This document shows, piece after piece, positions 28,684 through 38,801 of a DNA stretch of 64,000 nt. Location: the NCBI GenBank assembly GCA_963706575.1, contig CAVPNL010000012.1, forward strand, positions 64,001 to 128,000. The letters run 5' to 3'. The translations under genes were made by a program, and so were the position numbers. This DNA is from an uncultured delta proteobacterium (GTDB taxonomy: Bacteria > Desulfobacterota > Desulfobacteria > Desulfobacterales > JAHEIW01). Under the pieces are notes generated by a model. That model was not told where the DNA came from and searched no databases. It worked only from the letters and a program-made list of their open reading frames with translations. Within the stretch, counting starts at the first letter, position 1, and each line of letters begins with the position of its first letter.

Positions 28684-28884
28684 TTACACTAGGGTGACAT
28701 TGACTGCAGACGGCCCTTTTTGGCCTTCCTCGATTTCAAAAGTCACCTGGTCGCCTTCATTAAGAGATTTGAATCCGGCGGTATTAATACCTGAATAATG
28801 CACAAATACATCCGGACCATCTTCCTGCTCGATGAAGCCATAGCCTTTGCTGCTATTAAACCATTTTACAACCCCATTAGCCAT
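28684..28884 (-). CDS. csp: Cold-shock domain protein
   Basis: [23 protein letters not shown] (RNP1/RNP2); AGGAGG RBS. Confidence 0.96.
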   Translation of the reverse strand: MANGVVKWFNSSKGYGFIEQEDGPDVFVHYSGINTAGFKSLNEGDQVTFEIEEGQKGPSAVNVTLV

Positions 28885-29190
28885 AATAACACCCTCCTGT
28901 AAAAAGTTTTTCAATGTTTCATACTGCAGGGTGCCACTTTGACAAATGGATCTTTCCCCTAAGATGAAACCGGCCTGCCGATAAAGCCATAGCCTTTATT
29001 GAATGATTGAACGATAGCAAGTTTAAAAAAAAAATCAAGCACATTATTCGATTTTTTTCAATACAAGTAAGGGTCCCAGGTAAGGCCTATGGTTATCATC
29101 ACCTTAAGCCGCTATTGTAAAGCCGTGCCCTGAGGCCTCTGACACGCTTGGCACCAGAATATATAAAAAATACAGTTAGATATCAGTCTA

Positions 29191-29219
29191 TTGACAAACC
29201 TGAGGCGCTACTCTATGGT
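29191..29219 (+). promoter_or_regulatory. Sigma70-type promoter of ABC transporter operon
   Basis: TTGACA-17-TATGGT. Confidence 0.6.
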
Positions 29220-29466
29220 ACCTTGATACCTTTATAAAAAACATCTCACCTTAATGATTCCCGGGAGCGTTGCGGCCATGAAATCGCTTAATTTTCGTAA
29301 GAGATGGAAGTATTTCAGTAAATCTCCCGCAATCGTTTCCTTTGAACAAAGCATTTATCGCGTCTTTCATGACACTCCGGACCCGATCCTACTTCACCCA
29401 AAACGAAGCAAGCAAAAGCAATGATAACATCTGCATTATAAACCAAAAAAAGAAAGGAGAACGTGC

Positions 29467-30453
29467 ATGAAAAAAGTATTATGGATGACATTGATTGTGG
29501 TGTTTTCAATTTTATTTGCCTTCAGCGCCAGCCAGGCAAAACCATTTAAAATCGCGGCCATTTTTCAGACGGCCATTGAGGAGCCGTGGGATGGGGTGAT
29601 CCATCAGGCCTGTCTGCAAGCCAAAAAAGAAATGGGCAACATCGAATATGAATTTACCGAGAAAATCGCGGCAGCTGATTTTGAAAAAGTTCTCAGGGAG
29701 TATGCTGAAAGAGGGTTTGACCTGATTGTGGGCGATGCCTTCCTCGCTGGTGAAGAACCCGCCAGAAGAGTGGCTAAAGATTATCCCAACATCGCCTTTG
29801 CTTTCGGATCCGAGTTCGGGCCGGTTTCACCGAATTTTTCAGTCTTCGACAACTGGATTCACGAGCCGGCTTACCTGTGCGGCGTCATCGCCGGCCGGCT
29901 AACTAAAACCAACACCCTCGGTGTGGTTGCGGCCATACCTATCGGAGAGGTAAACCGGCTGGTAAATGCCTTCACAGCCGGCGCGCTCAGCGTCAATCCC
30001 AAGACCAAGGTAAAAATCTCTTATATCGGCGGCTGGTTTGATCCACCCAAAGCCAAGGAAGCGGCCATCGCCCAGATCGAGGCCGGTGCGGACCTGATCT
30101 TTGCCGAAAGATTCGGTGTTTTTGAAGCCGCCAAAGAAAAAGGTGTGCTGGCTTTCGGAAATATGTCGGATCAGAATGCGCTGGGGCCCAATGTGGTCAT
30201 CAGTGGGCCGGTATGGGATATGTACCCCACCATCAAGTTCGCTATTGAGATGGTCAAGAAAAAAGCCTGGGTATCCATGGATTTAGGCGAATGGTCCATG
30301 ATGGCAAAGGGCGGTGCCCGTCTGGCCCCATTTCATTCATTTGAAAAAACACTGCCCGGGGCGGTCGTTAAAGAAGTCAGAGATCTTGAGCAGAAGATTT
30401 TAAACGGAACATTCCGGGTGCCGGTGGATGAGCAGAAGCCGGTCTCAGATTAG
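29467..30453 (+). CDS. BMP family ABC substrate-binding protein (nucleoside/nucleobase)
   Basis: Signal peptide; HEPAYLCG.IAG, WFDPPKAKEAA, AGAD, GN..DQ. Confidence 0.92.
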   Translation: MKKVLWMTLIVVFSILFAFSASQAKPFKIAAIFQTAIEEPWDGVIHQACLQAKKEMGNIEYEFTEKIAAADFEKVLREYAERGFDLIVGDAFLAGEEPARRVAKDYPNIAFAFGSEFGPVSPNFSVFDNWIHEPAYLCGVIAGRLTKTNTLGVVAAIPIGEVNRLVNAFTAGALSVNPKTKVKISYIGGWFDPPKAKEAAIAQIEAGADLIFAERFGVFEAAKEKGVLAFGNMSDQNALGPNVVISGPVWDMYPTIKFAIEMVKKKAWVSMDLGEWSMMAKGGARLAPFHSFEKTLPGAVVKEVRDLEQKILNGTFRVPVDEQKPVSD

Positions 30454-30637
30454 CACCTCAATTGAGCCAGACTCAATTGAGGTATCAGGTATTTGGTATT
30501 CGGTATTAGTTTAACAAAGGGTGTTTCAGGCTGTCGGGTATGCGCCCAGAGCTTGAAACACCTTTCATGTCTTCGTGTGCAATTCTGATCTGTTTGGGCT
30601 AGGCCATTTTGAATGAAACAGAGCCTTGAGGTGGTTG

Positions 30638-32152
30638 ATGGCAAATAATGACCAGCCGGCCGTAAGGATGTCTTCCGTTACCAAGCGTTTTTTGGACGTT
30701 ACGGCCAATAAGGATGTGTCTTTCAGTCTCTATTCAGGGGAAATCTGTGCGCTGCTGGGTGAAAACGGAGCGGGCAAAACCACGCTGATGAATATCCTAT
30801 TTGGCTATTACGCCTGCGATGAGGGAGAAATATTTATAAAAGGTAAAAAAGCCGACCTTTCCTCTCCGAAAGACGCGATTTCACGCGGTGTGGGCATGAT
30901 TCATCAGCATTTTGCCCTGGTTCCTTCTCAAACCGTACTTGAAAACATTATTGTGGGTGCGGATTCGGGCATTTTTCTTGACCTTAAATCAGCCCGGCGG
31001 GAACTTCTGGGGTTGCAGGAACGTTTCGGCCTTAAAATCGATCCTGACGCCTGGGTATGGACCCTGTCGGTGGGCGAGCAGCAAAAAGTTGAAATTCTCA
31101 AGGCTTTGTACAGAGACGTCGATATTCTCATCATGGACGAACCCACGGCGGTGCTGGCCCCGGCTGAAACAGCGGAGCTGTTTAACACTCTGAGGTCGCT
31201 TGTAAAAGAAGGCCGTTCGGTCGTTTTCATATCCCACAAGCTAAATGAAGTCATGGACATTTCAGACCGCATCGTGGTTTTACGAAGCGGCCAGGTGGTG
31301 GCGGAACGTCAGACGGCCGCAACCAATGCCAGAGAGCTGGCCAATCTGATGGTGGGGCGGGAGCTTCTGGAGACCATCGAAAAGAAAGAGCTGCCTGCAG
31401 CTGAGCCCGTCCTTAGAATCAAAAGCCTCTCAGCGTTGAATGACAAAAAGCTTGCGGCGCTAAAAAGCGTTGATTTGATCGTACGGCATAATGAAATTCT
31501 GGGGATGGCCGGAATTTCCGGAAACGGACAGAAAGAACTCTCAGAGGTGCTTTTCGGGATACGCTTTCCCACAGACGGTTTTATTCAAATAAACGACAAG
31601 CCCCTTAAATTCGGCAGCCCGACAGCATCGATTAAATCGCATATGGGAAGAATACCGGAGGATCGCATCGAAACCGGCCTGCTGATGGATCTTTCCGTTG
31701 AGGAGAACCTCATTTTAGAAAATCATTCTTCGGATGATTTGCAGCATTACGGGCTGATGAGATCGAAAAATATCCAGCAGTTCAGCGACGATCTGATTAA
31801 TAGATACAACATACAGACAGCCGGCCGCGATGCCGTCACCAAAAGCCTATCCGGCGGCAACCTGCAAAAGGTCATGTTGGCCCGGGAACTGGCCGGAGAA
31901 CCGTCACTGATCATCGCCTCGCAGCCCACGCGCGGCCTCGATGTGGGTGCCATGGAGTATATTCACCAGAGACTTCTGCAGGAAAGGGAAAGAGGCGCGG
32001 GTATTCTTCTAATTTCAGAAGATCTGGATGAAATATTGGCGTTAAGTGACCGGATCGTCGTGTTGTTTGAAGGCGAAATCATGGGAGAGGCCCCGGGAGC
32101 AACGGCTTCAAGAGAACAGATCGGTCTTTGGATGAGCGGAGTGAAAGCGTGA
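30638..32152 (+). CDS. ABC transporter ATP-binding protein (duplicated NBD, nucleoside/CUT2 type)
   Basis: GENGAGKTT, IHQHF, LSVGEQQKVE, MDEPT, LSGGNLQK, QPTRGLD, SEDLDE. Confidence 0.95.
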   Translation: MANNDQPAVRMSSVTKRFLDVTANKDVSFSLYSGEICALLGENGAGKTTLMNILFGYYACDEGEIFIKGKKADLSSPKDAISRGVGMIHQHFALVPSQTVLENIIVGADSGIFLDLKSARRELLGLQERFGLKIDPDAWVWTLSVGEQQKVEILKALYRDVDILIMDEPTAVLAPAETAELFNTLRSLVKEGRSVVFISHKLNEVMDISDRIVVLRSGQVVAERQTAATNARELANLMVGRELLETIEKKELPAAEPVLRIKSLSALNDKKLAALKSVDLIVRHNEILGMAGISGNGQKELSEVLFGIRFPTDGFIQINDKPLKFGSPTASIKSHMGRIPEDRIETGLLMDLSVEENLILENHSSDDLQHYGLMRSKNIQQFSDDLINRYNIQTAGRDAVTKSLSGGNLQKVMLARELAGEPSLIIASQPTRGLDVGAMEYIHQRLLQERERGAGILLISEDLDEILALSDRIVVLFEGEIMGEAPGATASREQIGLWMSGVKA

Positions 32153-33210
32153 TCCGATTCAGAATCATAAAACGTGAACCGTTGCCGGGCTGGGCAAGAG
32201 TCGTTATTCCGATCGCGGCCATTCTCGTGACGCTGATTCTTTCGGCCATTCCGATTCTTTTGGCCGGCGGCCATCTCTGGAAATCTTATTTTTACCTGTT
32301 TCACGGCGCACTGGGAACCCGCTACAACCTTTTAGAAACCTTTGTAAAAGCCAGCCCCCTCTTACTGACCGGGTTGGCGGTGGCGTTCGCCTTCAGAGCC
32401 AAATTCTGGAATATCGGCGCCGAGGGCCAGCTACTTGCCGGCGCAATGACCGCCACGGTTTTCGGGGTTCATATGGGCAGCTTTCCGGCATTTCTGGTTT
32501 TGCCGACAGTCATTATCGCCGGGTTCCTGGCGGGGGGCATCTGGGCTTCGATTCCGGCGCTTTTGAAAACAAAGCTCAAAGTCGATGATGTGGTTTCCAC
32601 CCTGCTTTTAAACTATGTGATGGTCCACATCATGGGAGCGCTGCTTTTCGGCCCGCTGCAGCAGCCCGGCTCCAGCTGGCCGCGATCATCGGCAATCATC
32701 GAGGCCGCGCAGTATCCCATTCTGGTGGCGCGCTCGCGATTTCATATGGGTATCATTATCTCCTTTGCAGCCGTATTGATCATATGGTTCATTAACAAAA
32801 AAACAACCTTCGGGTACCGGTCAAAGGCCGTCGGCACAAATATTTGCGCTGCCCACTTCGGCGGAATCAATACGACTTCCGTAATTCTGTGGACGGCGCT
32901 GATCTCCGGCGGCCTGGCGGGTCTGGCAGGCGTCGGCGAGCTGTGCGCGCTTCAGTACCGGCTGATCATGGATATCTCACCCGGCTATGGCTATTCGGGG
33001 ATCGTGATCGCCATGCTGGGCAACCTTCATCCGGTGGGCGTGCTTTTTTCCTCACTCTTTTTCAGTGTCATTATCGTGGGCGCCCAGACCATGAGTCGCA
33101 TGACCGGTGTCCCCACCTACATCGCCGAAGTCATTCAGGGCATGGCATTAATGGTGATGCTTATTTTCCTGCTTTTTACAGAATATAAAATCAGGGTGAA
33201 ACGCAAATAA
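32149..33210 (+). CDS. Nucleoside ABC transporter permease
   Basis: WNIGAEGQ, STLLLNY, GGLAGLAG, GYGYSGI; GTG start overlapping upstream stop. Confidence 0.93.
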   Translation: MIRFRIIKREPLPGWARVVIPIAAILVTLILSAIPILLAGGHLWKSYFYLFHGALGTRYNLLETFVKASPLLLTGLAVAFAFRAKFWNIGAEGQLLAGAMTATVFGVHMGSFPAFLVLPTVIIAGFLAGGIWASIPALLKTKLKVDDVVSTLLLNYVMVHIMGALLFGPLQQPGSSWPRSSAIIEAAQYPILVARSRFHMGIIISFAAVLIIWFINKKTTFGYRSKAVGTNICAAHFGGINTTSVILWTALISGGLAGLAGVGELCALQYRLIMDISPGYGYSGIVIAMLGNLHPVGVLFSSLFFSVIIVGAQTMSRMTGVPTYIAEVIQGMALMVMLIFLLFTEYKIRVKRK

Positions 33211-34157
33211 TGAGTGAAATTTTTGATATCGCATTTATCTCAGGACTCATCGGGGCAACCATGCGAATGGCCACGCCGATCATTTTTGCAACCCTGGGAG
33301 AGATTCTATCCGAACGCGCCGGCGTACTGAATCTGGGGATCGAAGGCATCATGCTGATGGGCGCCATGACCGGGTTTCTGTTCACATTTTCCACGGGTTC
33401 CATCTGGTTTGGCGTGTTCGCCGCCGCCTGCGTGGGCATGCTTTTAGGGCTGCTCATGGCACTGCTTTCCGTGAACCTGGGATTGAGCCAGCATGTTTCG
33501 GGGCTGGGTATTACCCTGTTTGCAACCGGTCTGGCCATGTTCATCTACCGGCTGCATTTTGGCTCCCCGACCGTGCCCCCGATTGTCGAGCCGTTTAAAC
33601 AGATCACGCTTCCCGTGCTTTGCAAGATTCCGCTGATCGGCCAGGCCCTTTTCACGCAATATTCACTGACCTATTTCGCCTGGCTGCTGGTGCCGGCAAT
33701 GTCGATTCTGCTCTACAAAACCAATATCGGATTGAAGATCAGAACGGTGGGAGAGAACCCGGTGGGCGCCGACACGGTGGGCGTAAATGTGACCCTGACC
33801 CGCACCCTGTGTCTGGTGTTCGGCGGCGCCCTTATGGGGATCGGCGGAGCATTTCTGACGCTAGCCCATCAAAACATGTTTCTCATCGATGTGATCGGCG
33901 GCCGCGGCTGGGTTGCCATTGCCATGGTCATTTTCGGAAACTGGGACCCGCTCAAAGGCACCATCGGAGCCCTGATTTTCGGATTCCTGGATGGGCTGCA
34001 GCTCAGGCTGCAAAGCGTGGGGCTGGTTATTCCTTTTCATATTTTCCTGATGATTCCCTATCTTTTAACGATCGTTGCACTGATCGGCGTTTCGCGACGA
34101 GCAGCGGTTCCTGCCGGTCTGCTGAAACCCTATCGCCGGGAGGAGAAAGGCGGGTAA
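33210..34157 (+). CDS. Nucleoside ABC transporter permease
   Basis: GE..SERAGVLNLGIEG, GENP..ADTVG, GRGWVAIAMVIFG.W.P, PY.LT. Confidence 0.93.
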   Translation: MSEIFDIAFISGLIGATMRMATPIIFATLGEILSERAGVLNLGIEGIMLMGAMTGFLFTFSTGSIWFGVFAAACVGMLLGLLMALLSVNLGLSQHVSGLGITLFATGLAMFIYRLHFGSPTVPPIVEPFKQITLPVLCKIPLIGQALFTQYSLTYFAWLLVPAMSILLYKTNIGLKIRTVGENPVGADTVGVNVTLTRTLCLVFGGALMGIGGAFLTLAHQNMFLIDVIGGRGWVAIAMVIFGNWDPLKGTIGALIFGFLDGLQLRLQSVGLVIPFHIFLMIPYLLTIVALIGVSRRAAVPAGLLKPYRREEKGG

Positions 34158-34355
34158 GAAAAAAGTGCCTAAAATGCCTAAAGTTAAAAAGAGGAATAAA
34201 TCCATTTTATATTCATCCTCACGCAAAGCCGCAAAGACGCAAAGTTTAAGATTTAATCCTTGGTATCTTTGCGCCTTTGCGGCTTTGCGTGAGACTTAAA
34301 ACTTCAGATCATTTTAGCCTTTTCTTAATTTTGAGTACTTTTATGAGAGGAAACT

Positions 34356-35630
34356 ATGCTTGATCTTTTGATTCGAAATGTGAACCTACCCGATGGACAA
34401 AAAGGCATTGATATTGCCATTAAAAACGGTTCCATTGTAGAGGTGGGTCCGAAACTCGATATCCAGGCGACTCGGGAGATCGATGCAACCGATCGGCTGG
34501 CAACGCCGCCTTTTGTAGACAGTCACTTTCATCTGGATTCGACGCTGTCCTACGGCCAGCCCCGCGTCAATGAAAGCGGCACGCTGTTAGAGGGTATCGA
34601 ACTGTGGGGAGAGTTGAAACCGCATCTTACGGTTGAAAGTATCAAGGCCCGCGCCATCCATCTCTGCCATTGGGCAATTGCCCGCGGTACTCTGGCGATT
34701 CGCAGTCACGTGGATGTCAGCGATGATCGTCTGTTGGCCGTCAATGCGCTTTTGGAGGTCCGTGAGGAGGTCAAACCATATATCGACCTGCAGCTGGTGG
34801 CCTTTCCGCAGGATGGTTATCTTCGATACCCCGGAAGCGCCGCCAACCTGAAGCGCGCTTTAGATCTGGGCATCGAAGTGGTTGGCGGAATTCCCCATTT
34901 TGAAAGAACAATGGAGCAGGGAACCGCTTCCGTAAAGGCACTGTGCGAAATCGCCGCCGATCGCGGGCTGCGCGTTGACATGCACTGCGACGAAAGTGAC
35001 GATCCCCTGTCCCGCCATATTGAAACCTTGACTTTTCATACGCAACGATTAGGCCTGCAGGACCGTGTCACCGGATCGCACCTGACATCCATGCATTCCA
35101 TGGATAATTACTATGTGAGCAAACTGCTGCCGCTCATGGCAGAGGCCCGCATCCACGTGGTGGCCAACCCCTTAATCAACATTACCCTGCAGGGACGCCA
35201 CGACACCTACCCCATACGACGCGGGATGACGCGGGTAAAAGAACTCATGGCGGCGGGGATCAATGTGGCCTTCGGCCATGATGCCCTGATGGATCCCTGG
35301 TACAGCTTCGGAACTTACGACTTGATTGAGGTGGCCCATATGGGATTGCATGTGGCCCAGATGACCGGCGTTAGCCAGATGCGGCAAATCTTTGAAGCCA
35401 TCACCACCAACGGAGCCAGAGCACTGGGGCTTGAAGGCTATGGACTTGAACCCGGTTGCCACGCAGATATCGTTATCCTGCAGGCCAGAGACCCGCAGGA
35501 AGCCTTGCGATTGAAGCCGGTCAGATTGTATGTGATTCGCCGCGGCAGGGTCATCGCAGAAACAGCGCCGGTGCTCAGTCGGCTGGAAATTGAAGATAAG
35601 ACAATCGAGGTGGATTTTACTTCTGGTTGA
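34356..35630 (+). CDS. codA: Cytosine deaminase (amidohydrolase family)
   Basis: DSHFHLD, NESGTLLEGI..W, RSHVD, AFPQ, GGIPHFE, HCDESDD, SH.TSM, GHD..DPWY. Confidence 0.9.
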   Translation: MLDLLIRNVNLPDGQKGIDIAIKNGSIVEVGPKLDIQATREIDATDRLATPPFVDSHFHLDSTLSYGQPRVNESGTLLEGIELWGELKPHLTVESIKARAIHLCHWAIARGTLAIRSHVDVSDDRLLAVNALLEVREEVKPYIDLQLVAFPQDGYLRYPGSAANLKRALDLGIEVVGGIPHFERTMEQGTASVKALCEIAADRGLRVDMHCDESDDPLSRHIETLTFHTQRLGLQDRVTGSHLTSMHSMDNYYVSKLLPLMAEARIHVVANPLINITLQGRHDTYPIRRGMTRVKELMAAGINVAFGHDALMDPWYSFGTYDLIEVAHMGLHVAQMTGVSQMRQIFEAITTNGARALGLEGYGLEPGCHADIVILQARDPQEALRLKPVRLYVIRRGRVIAETAPVLSRLEIEDKTIEVDFTSG

Positions 35631-35645
35631 GCGGCTACCGCTCAA

Positions 35646-36641
35646 TCAGGGAGAGAGGTAGCGCCCGACCTGTTTAAAGACATCCGGGTGTGCGCCCTGC
35701 AGCCCGGCGCAGAACTGCTCTGAGCGCACGATCGGACTCCAGAGCGAAAAGTCTTCGCGCTCAAAATCCATCCCCACCACGAGCATATCGCAGAGCGTTT
35801 CCATCAGGTATTCTTCGGGTTTATAAATTGAGTCGCCGATGTCACCCACCCAGCAAAGCGGTGTTCCCTGATAGCGATCCTGCAAGTCCTGGTAGAAGTG
35901 CTGCGTAACGATGGTACGGGGTTGAAGACCCAGGTCGGTGAAAGGCAGTGACACTCCTTGTTCTGCCACTTCAATGAGTGCCCCGTTGAAGACCGGGATA
36001 AGTTCGACGCTGTGATCGCTGCATATCGAGTAGATTCCCTCAAGACCCTCGAGGCTGGCACAAACCGGAAAAAGGAATATTTTCTTGGGTCGGTGATGTC
36101 GCAGTGCCTCCTCGACGAAGTAATTTAATGTCTGGCCCGAAGCGATGCATTCTTCCATGATAATCCAGGTGTCATCCTGCCACCATTCACCCACAAAAGA
36201 ACTCTCCACGATGTTCCAACCGCGAAAACCCGAGTTGTCCTCAACCCGGGTGAGCTTTATATAGGTGGTATCGGGAAGCCCGGACCGCTGAAGGGGAGGA
36301 TTGGCGTCCAGCAGGTCGAGCGGACGTCCGCCCCATAAAATGACAAACTGCGCCACCTTGCCGTCGAACATCCGTTCGAAGAGACGAATCATGTCGTGAC
36401 CCACTTCTTTTATCATCAGAAATTTTTCAGGCCCACAGGCCTGTCGGCTGAGTAGAAATTCCTCCCCTGCTCCCCGGCCGGGAAAATCAACCACGTAAAT
36501 CTTATCAGGCAGGCATCTGTCCCGGAAGGCCTCGTGCCGGGTAATTGCCTTCACAAGCCATATGTCCCTGCCGCCGCGTGACATAACAATTTCACCAACA
36601 TCTTCGAGGAATATACGGCTCGCATCCGTATCCATATTCAT
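35646..36641 (-). CDS. Hypothetical protein, divergent phosphoribosyltransferase (UPRTase-like)
   Basis: AAGGAG RBS; PRPP-loop-like IIMEECIASGQT; ILWGG and WVGDIGD resemble Upp motifs ILRAG and GDAGD. Confidence 0.55.
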   Translation of the reverse strand: MNMDTDASRIFLEDVGEIVMSRGGRDIWLVKAITRHEAFRDRCLPDKIYVVDFPGRGAGEEFLLSRQACGPEKFLMIKEVGHDMIRLFERMFDGKVAQFVILWGGRPLDLLDANPPLQRSGLPDTTYIKLTRVEDNSGFRGWNIVESSFVGEWWQDDTWIIMEECIASGQTLNYFVEEALRHHRPKKIFLFPVCASLEGLEGIYSICSDHSVELIPVFNGALIEVAEQGVSLPFTDLGLQPRTIVTQHFYQDLQDRYQGTPLCWVGDIGDSIYKPEEYLMETLCDMLVVGMDFEREDFSLWSPIVRSEQFCAGLQGAHPDVFKQVGRYLSP

Positions 36642-36770
36642 AGAGCTTCTCCTTTGGCGGTTATTGCGGTATCAGTGAGGTGGATTGAATATTGCTGGGG
36701 GGGAGTATAAGATAAGGACAAGGATGTGTCAAACTTTGTCGTTCATCTTGCCGGAAAAGGAATGCTGCCC

Positions 36771-36959
36771 ATTTTAATTTCTTGTTCACGCAAAGCCGCT
36801 AAGCCGCAAAGGATTTTAATTTAAACAATAAAAAAACTTTGAGATCTTTGCGACTTTGCGTGAGGCCCAAGCCTTAGTTCACTCTTGTCCGATTAGTATT
36901 TTGGCAGATCAGACACTTTTAGCCCTTGAACCTAACCTGTGATTTTGACATCACTTCAA
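36771..36959. repeat. About 200-bp composite palindromic repeat, copy 2
   Basis: Same core as 26851-27052 with a different internal insertion. Confidence 0.85.
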
Positions 36960-36989
36960 GTAAATTAATGGGGGTGTAAAATAAAGGCA

Positions 36990-37031
36990 TAAAAAAAGGC
37001 AACCCTTCAAATTATGAAGGGTTGCCCTTTT
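36990..37031 (-). terminator. Intrinsic terminator of csp copy 2
   Basis: GGCAACCCTTCA-AATTA-TGAAGGGTTGCC with poly-A on plus strand (poly-U in minus transcript). Confidence 0.85.
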
Positions 37032-37048
37032 CAGGTTTAATCAGATTG

Positions 37049-37249
37049 TTAAACGGGTTTTACATTTACAGCATGCGCGCCTTTGGGCCCCTCTTCAATG
37101 TCAAACGTAACCTGATCGCCTTCGTTGAGAGACCTGAATCCTTCTGAATCGATTCCGGTGTGATGTACGAAAACATCCGGACCATCCTCTTGCTCAATAA
37201 AACCATAACCCTTACGATCGTTGAACCATTTCACAACACCATTTGCCAC
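37049..37249 (-). CDS. csp: Cold-shock domain protein
   Basis: GTG start; [20 protein letters not shown]. Confidence 0.96.
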   Translation of the reverse strand: MANGVVKWFNDRKGYGFIEQEDGPDVFVHHTGIDSEGFRSLNEGDQVTFDIEEGPKGAHAVNVKPV

Positions 37250-37851
37250 AGTGACACCCCCTTTGTTTCTGTAATTGCCATAGTCCCATACTGCAGGATG
37301 CCACCCTGACGAATGGATCTTTCCTTCAGAATGAAACCCGCCTTCAATTAAGGCAGACCCTTAGTTATCTTTTAAATTATAAATATTTTTTCCCGTCAAA
37401 ATCAAGTAATTTATTTTACGGATCCCTTTTCGGCCCAAGTTTTGGTCTGAAACTAAGGTCGAGCAAACCGGATTCAATCGCATCATGCAAATCAAAGTGA
37501 CGGCCGATTGGGTAAACAGTTACCCATTGCTTGGCTATTTTTTTTCATAACCGCCGGGCGCAAATCTAATGATAAAAACATTAAGACCTTGTAATCATTG
37601 GTATTTTTATTCTGCCTGCATGTTTTGCACGGATATTGCAGCATCGTTCATGTAAATGGACAAGCGAACGAGCCAGTGTTTCCAACCTGGATTCGAATCC
37701 GCTCCCCTGAGGAATTTATTACAAATATCCGCCCTGATGCCCGCCGGCCAGCACTCTGGATTTACAATTTTATTTTAAAATTTCTAAAGGCCAGAAATAG
37801 TTTTTTTGGCGAGTGTCTTGCGTTTTTACCACTTGCGTCCGGACCACTAAA

Positions 37852-38040
37852 ATGAATGAACCGCGTCGCCCCAAGAACGATCAGCATTCAAAACGGCCCC
37901 AAAAATTTTCCCGGGATCATAAATCGGAAAGAAGAAATGGCCGTGATCGCAGAAAAGGGGTTGATCGCAGGAGCGGATTCGACCGCAGGCGGAGCCAGGA
38001 CCGCGAGGCGACGGAACGTAAAAACCTGACCCGGGAGTGA
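37852..38040 (+). CDS. Small (D/E)RR-repeat arginine-rich protein
   Basis: ERRNGR-DRRKGV-DRRSGF-DRRRSQ-DR, 6-aa period; start set to ATG 37852 (weak RBS). Confidence 0.65.
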   Translation: MNEPRRPKNDQHSKRPQKFSRDHKSERRNGRDRRKGVDRRSGFDRRRSQDREATERKNLTRE

Positions 38041-38122
38041 GACTCAAACATGAAACACACGGATTTTAAATCAAACATTAACAAAAATTATTTAGAACCC
38101 ATCTCAAACAGAAAGGAATAAA

Positions 38123-38563
38123 ATGGTTCAACATATTATCGCCGGCAATCCGATCGAGAACAAATATCAGCACTTAAGAAAAATCGATAACCACCTGAGG
38201 GCTGAAATAAAAATAAGCAGAGACGGCCTTGGATACCAGTTTAAGCTGAGGGAAATCGATGCCGATCAAGGGTGTTTTTTTATCAGCGAAAACTCCGCGA
38301 TCTTAAAAATTCTGGATAGCGGCTCGATTCTGGACATGAAATATTGGACGGCTGACAAAACCAGAACGGTCAAATATGTCACAGCGAAAATAAATGGTAT
38401 TGCCAAACAAAGCCATGAGCCGTTTAAGGGACATTATAAGGTCGGATTATCCATTTTGAAGACGAAAGGCTTGAAACTGGTGAATCCAGTCGCTGGGTTG
38501 TTAAAAACACGGATCGAAGCCGAAGGTCTGGGCAAAGCACAATCAGCGCAGCACGGTCTTTGA
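38123..38563 (+). CDS. PilZ-like beta-barrel protein with degenerate c-di-GMP motifs
   Basis: AAGGA RBS; YQFKL..I....GCFF..S.IL..L..G..LDMKY..FKGHY.VGLSI resembles deltaproteobacterial PilZ-like proteins; RxxxR and D/NxSxxG not conserved. Confidence 0.5.
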   Translation: MVQHIIAGNPIENKYQHLRKIDNHLRAEIKISRDGLGYQFKLREIDADQGCFFISENSAILKILDSGSILDMKYWTADKTRTVKYVTAKINGIAKQSHEPFKGHYKVGLSILKTKGLKLVNPVAGLLKTRIEAEGLGKAQSAQHGL

Positions 38564-38663
38564 TAACAGGCACAGCTCGCCTTACCCCGGCTGGTGGACT
38601 GTAGCCAAAGGCGAACGAAACAACCGTCCAGCCTACATTTTTTCAAGCTGGACTAAGGGGGGA

Positions 38664-38801
38664 TTGACCATTATTAAACTAATACTCATTGTCGCAATAA
38701 TAGCCACTGTCTATTGCATAGCTGCTGCCGTCATCTGTCTGATCGCCGCTTCTAGAGAAATTGAATTGCCCGATATTGAAGATATCGAGATCGGAGAATA
38801 A
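38664..38801 (+). CDS. Small single-TM protein (45 aa), not in ORF track
   Basis: AAGGGGGGA then TTG; MTIIKLILIVAIIATVYCIAAAVICLIAASREIELPDIEDIEIGE. Confidence 0.55.
   Translation: MTIIKLILIVAIIATVYCIAAAVICLIAASREIELPDIEDIEIGE

Noticed and set aside
37688..37706. GGATTCGAATCC resembling a tRNA T-arm
   Set aside because: No cloverleaf, anticodon arm or acceptor stem could be built around it
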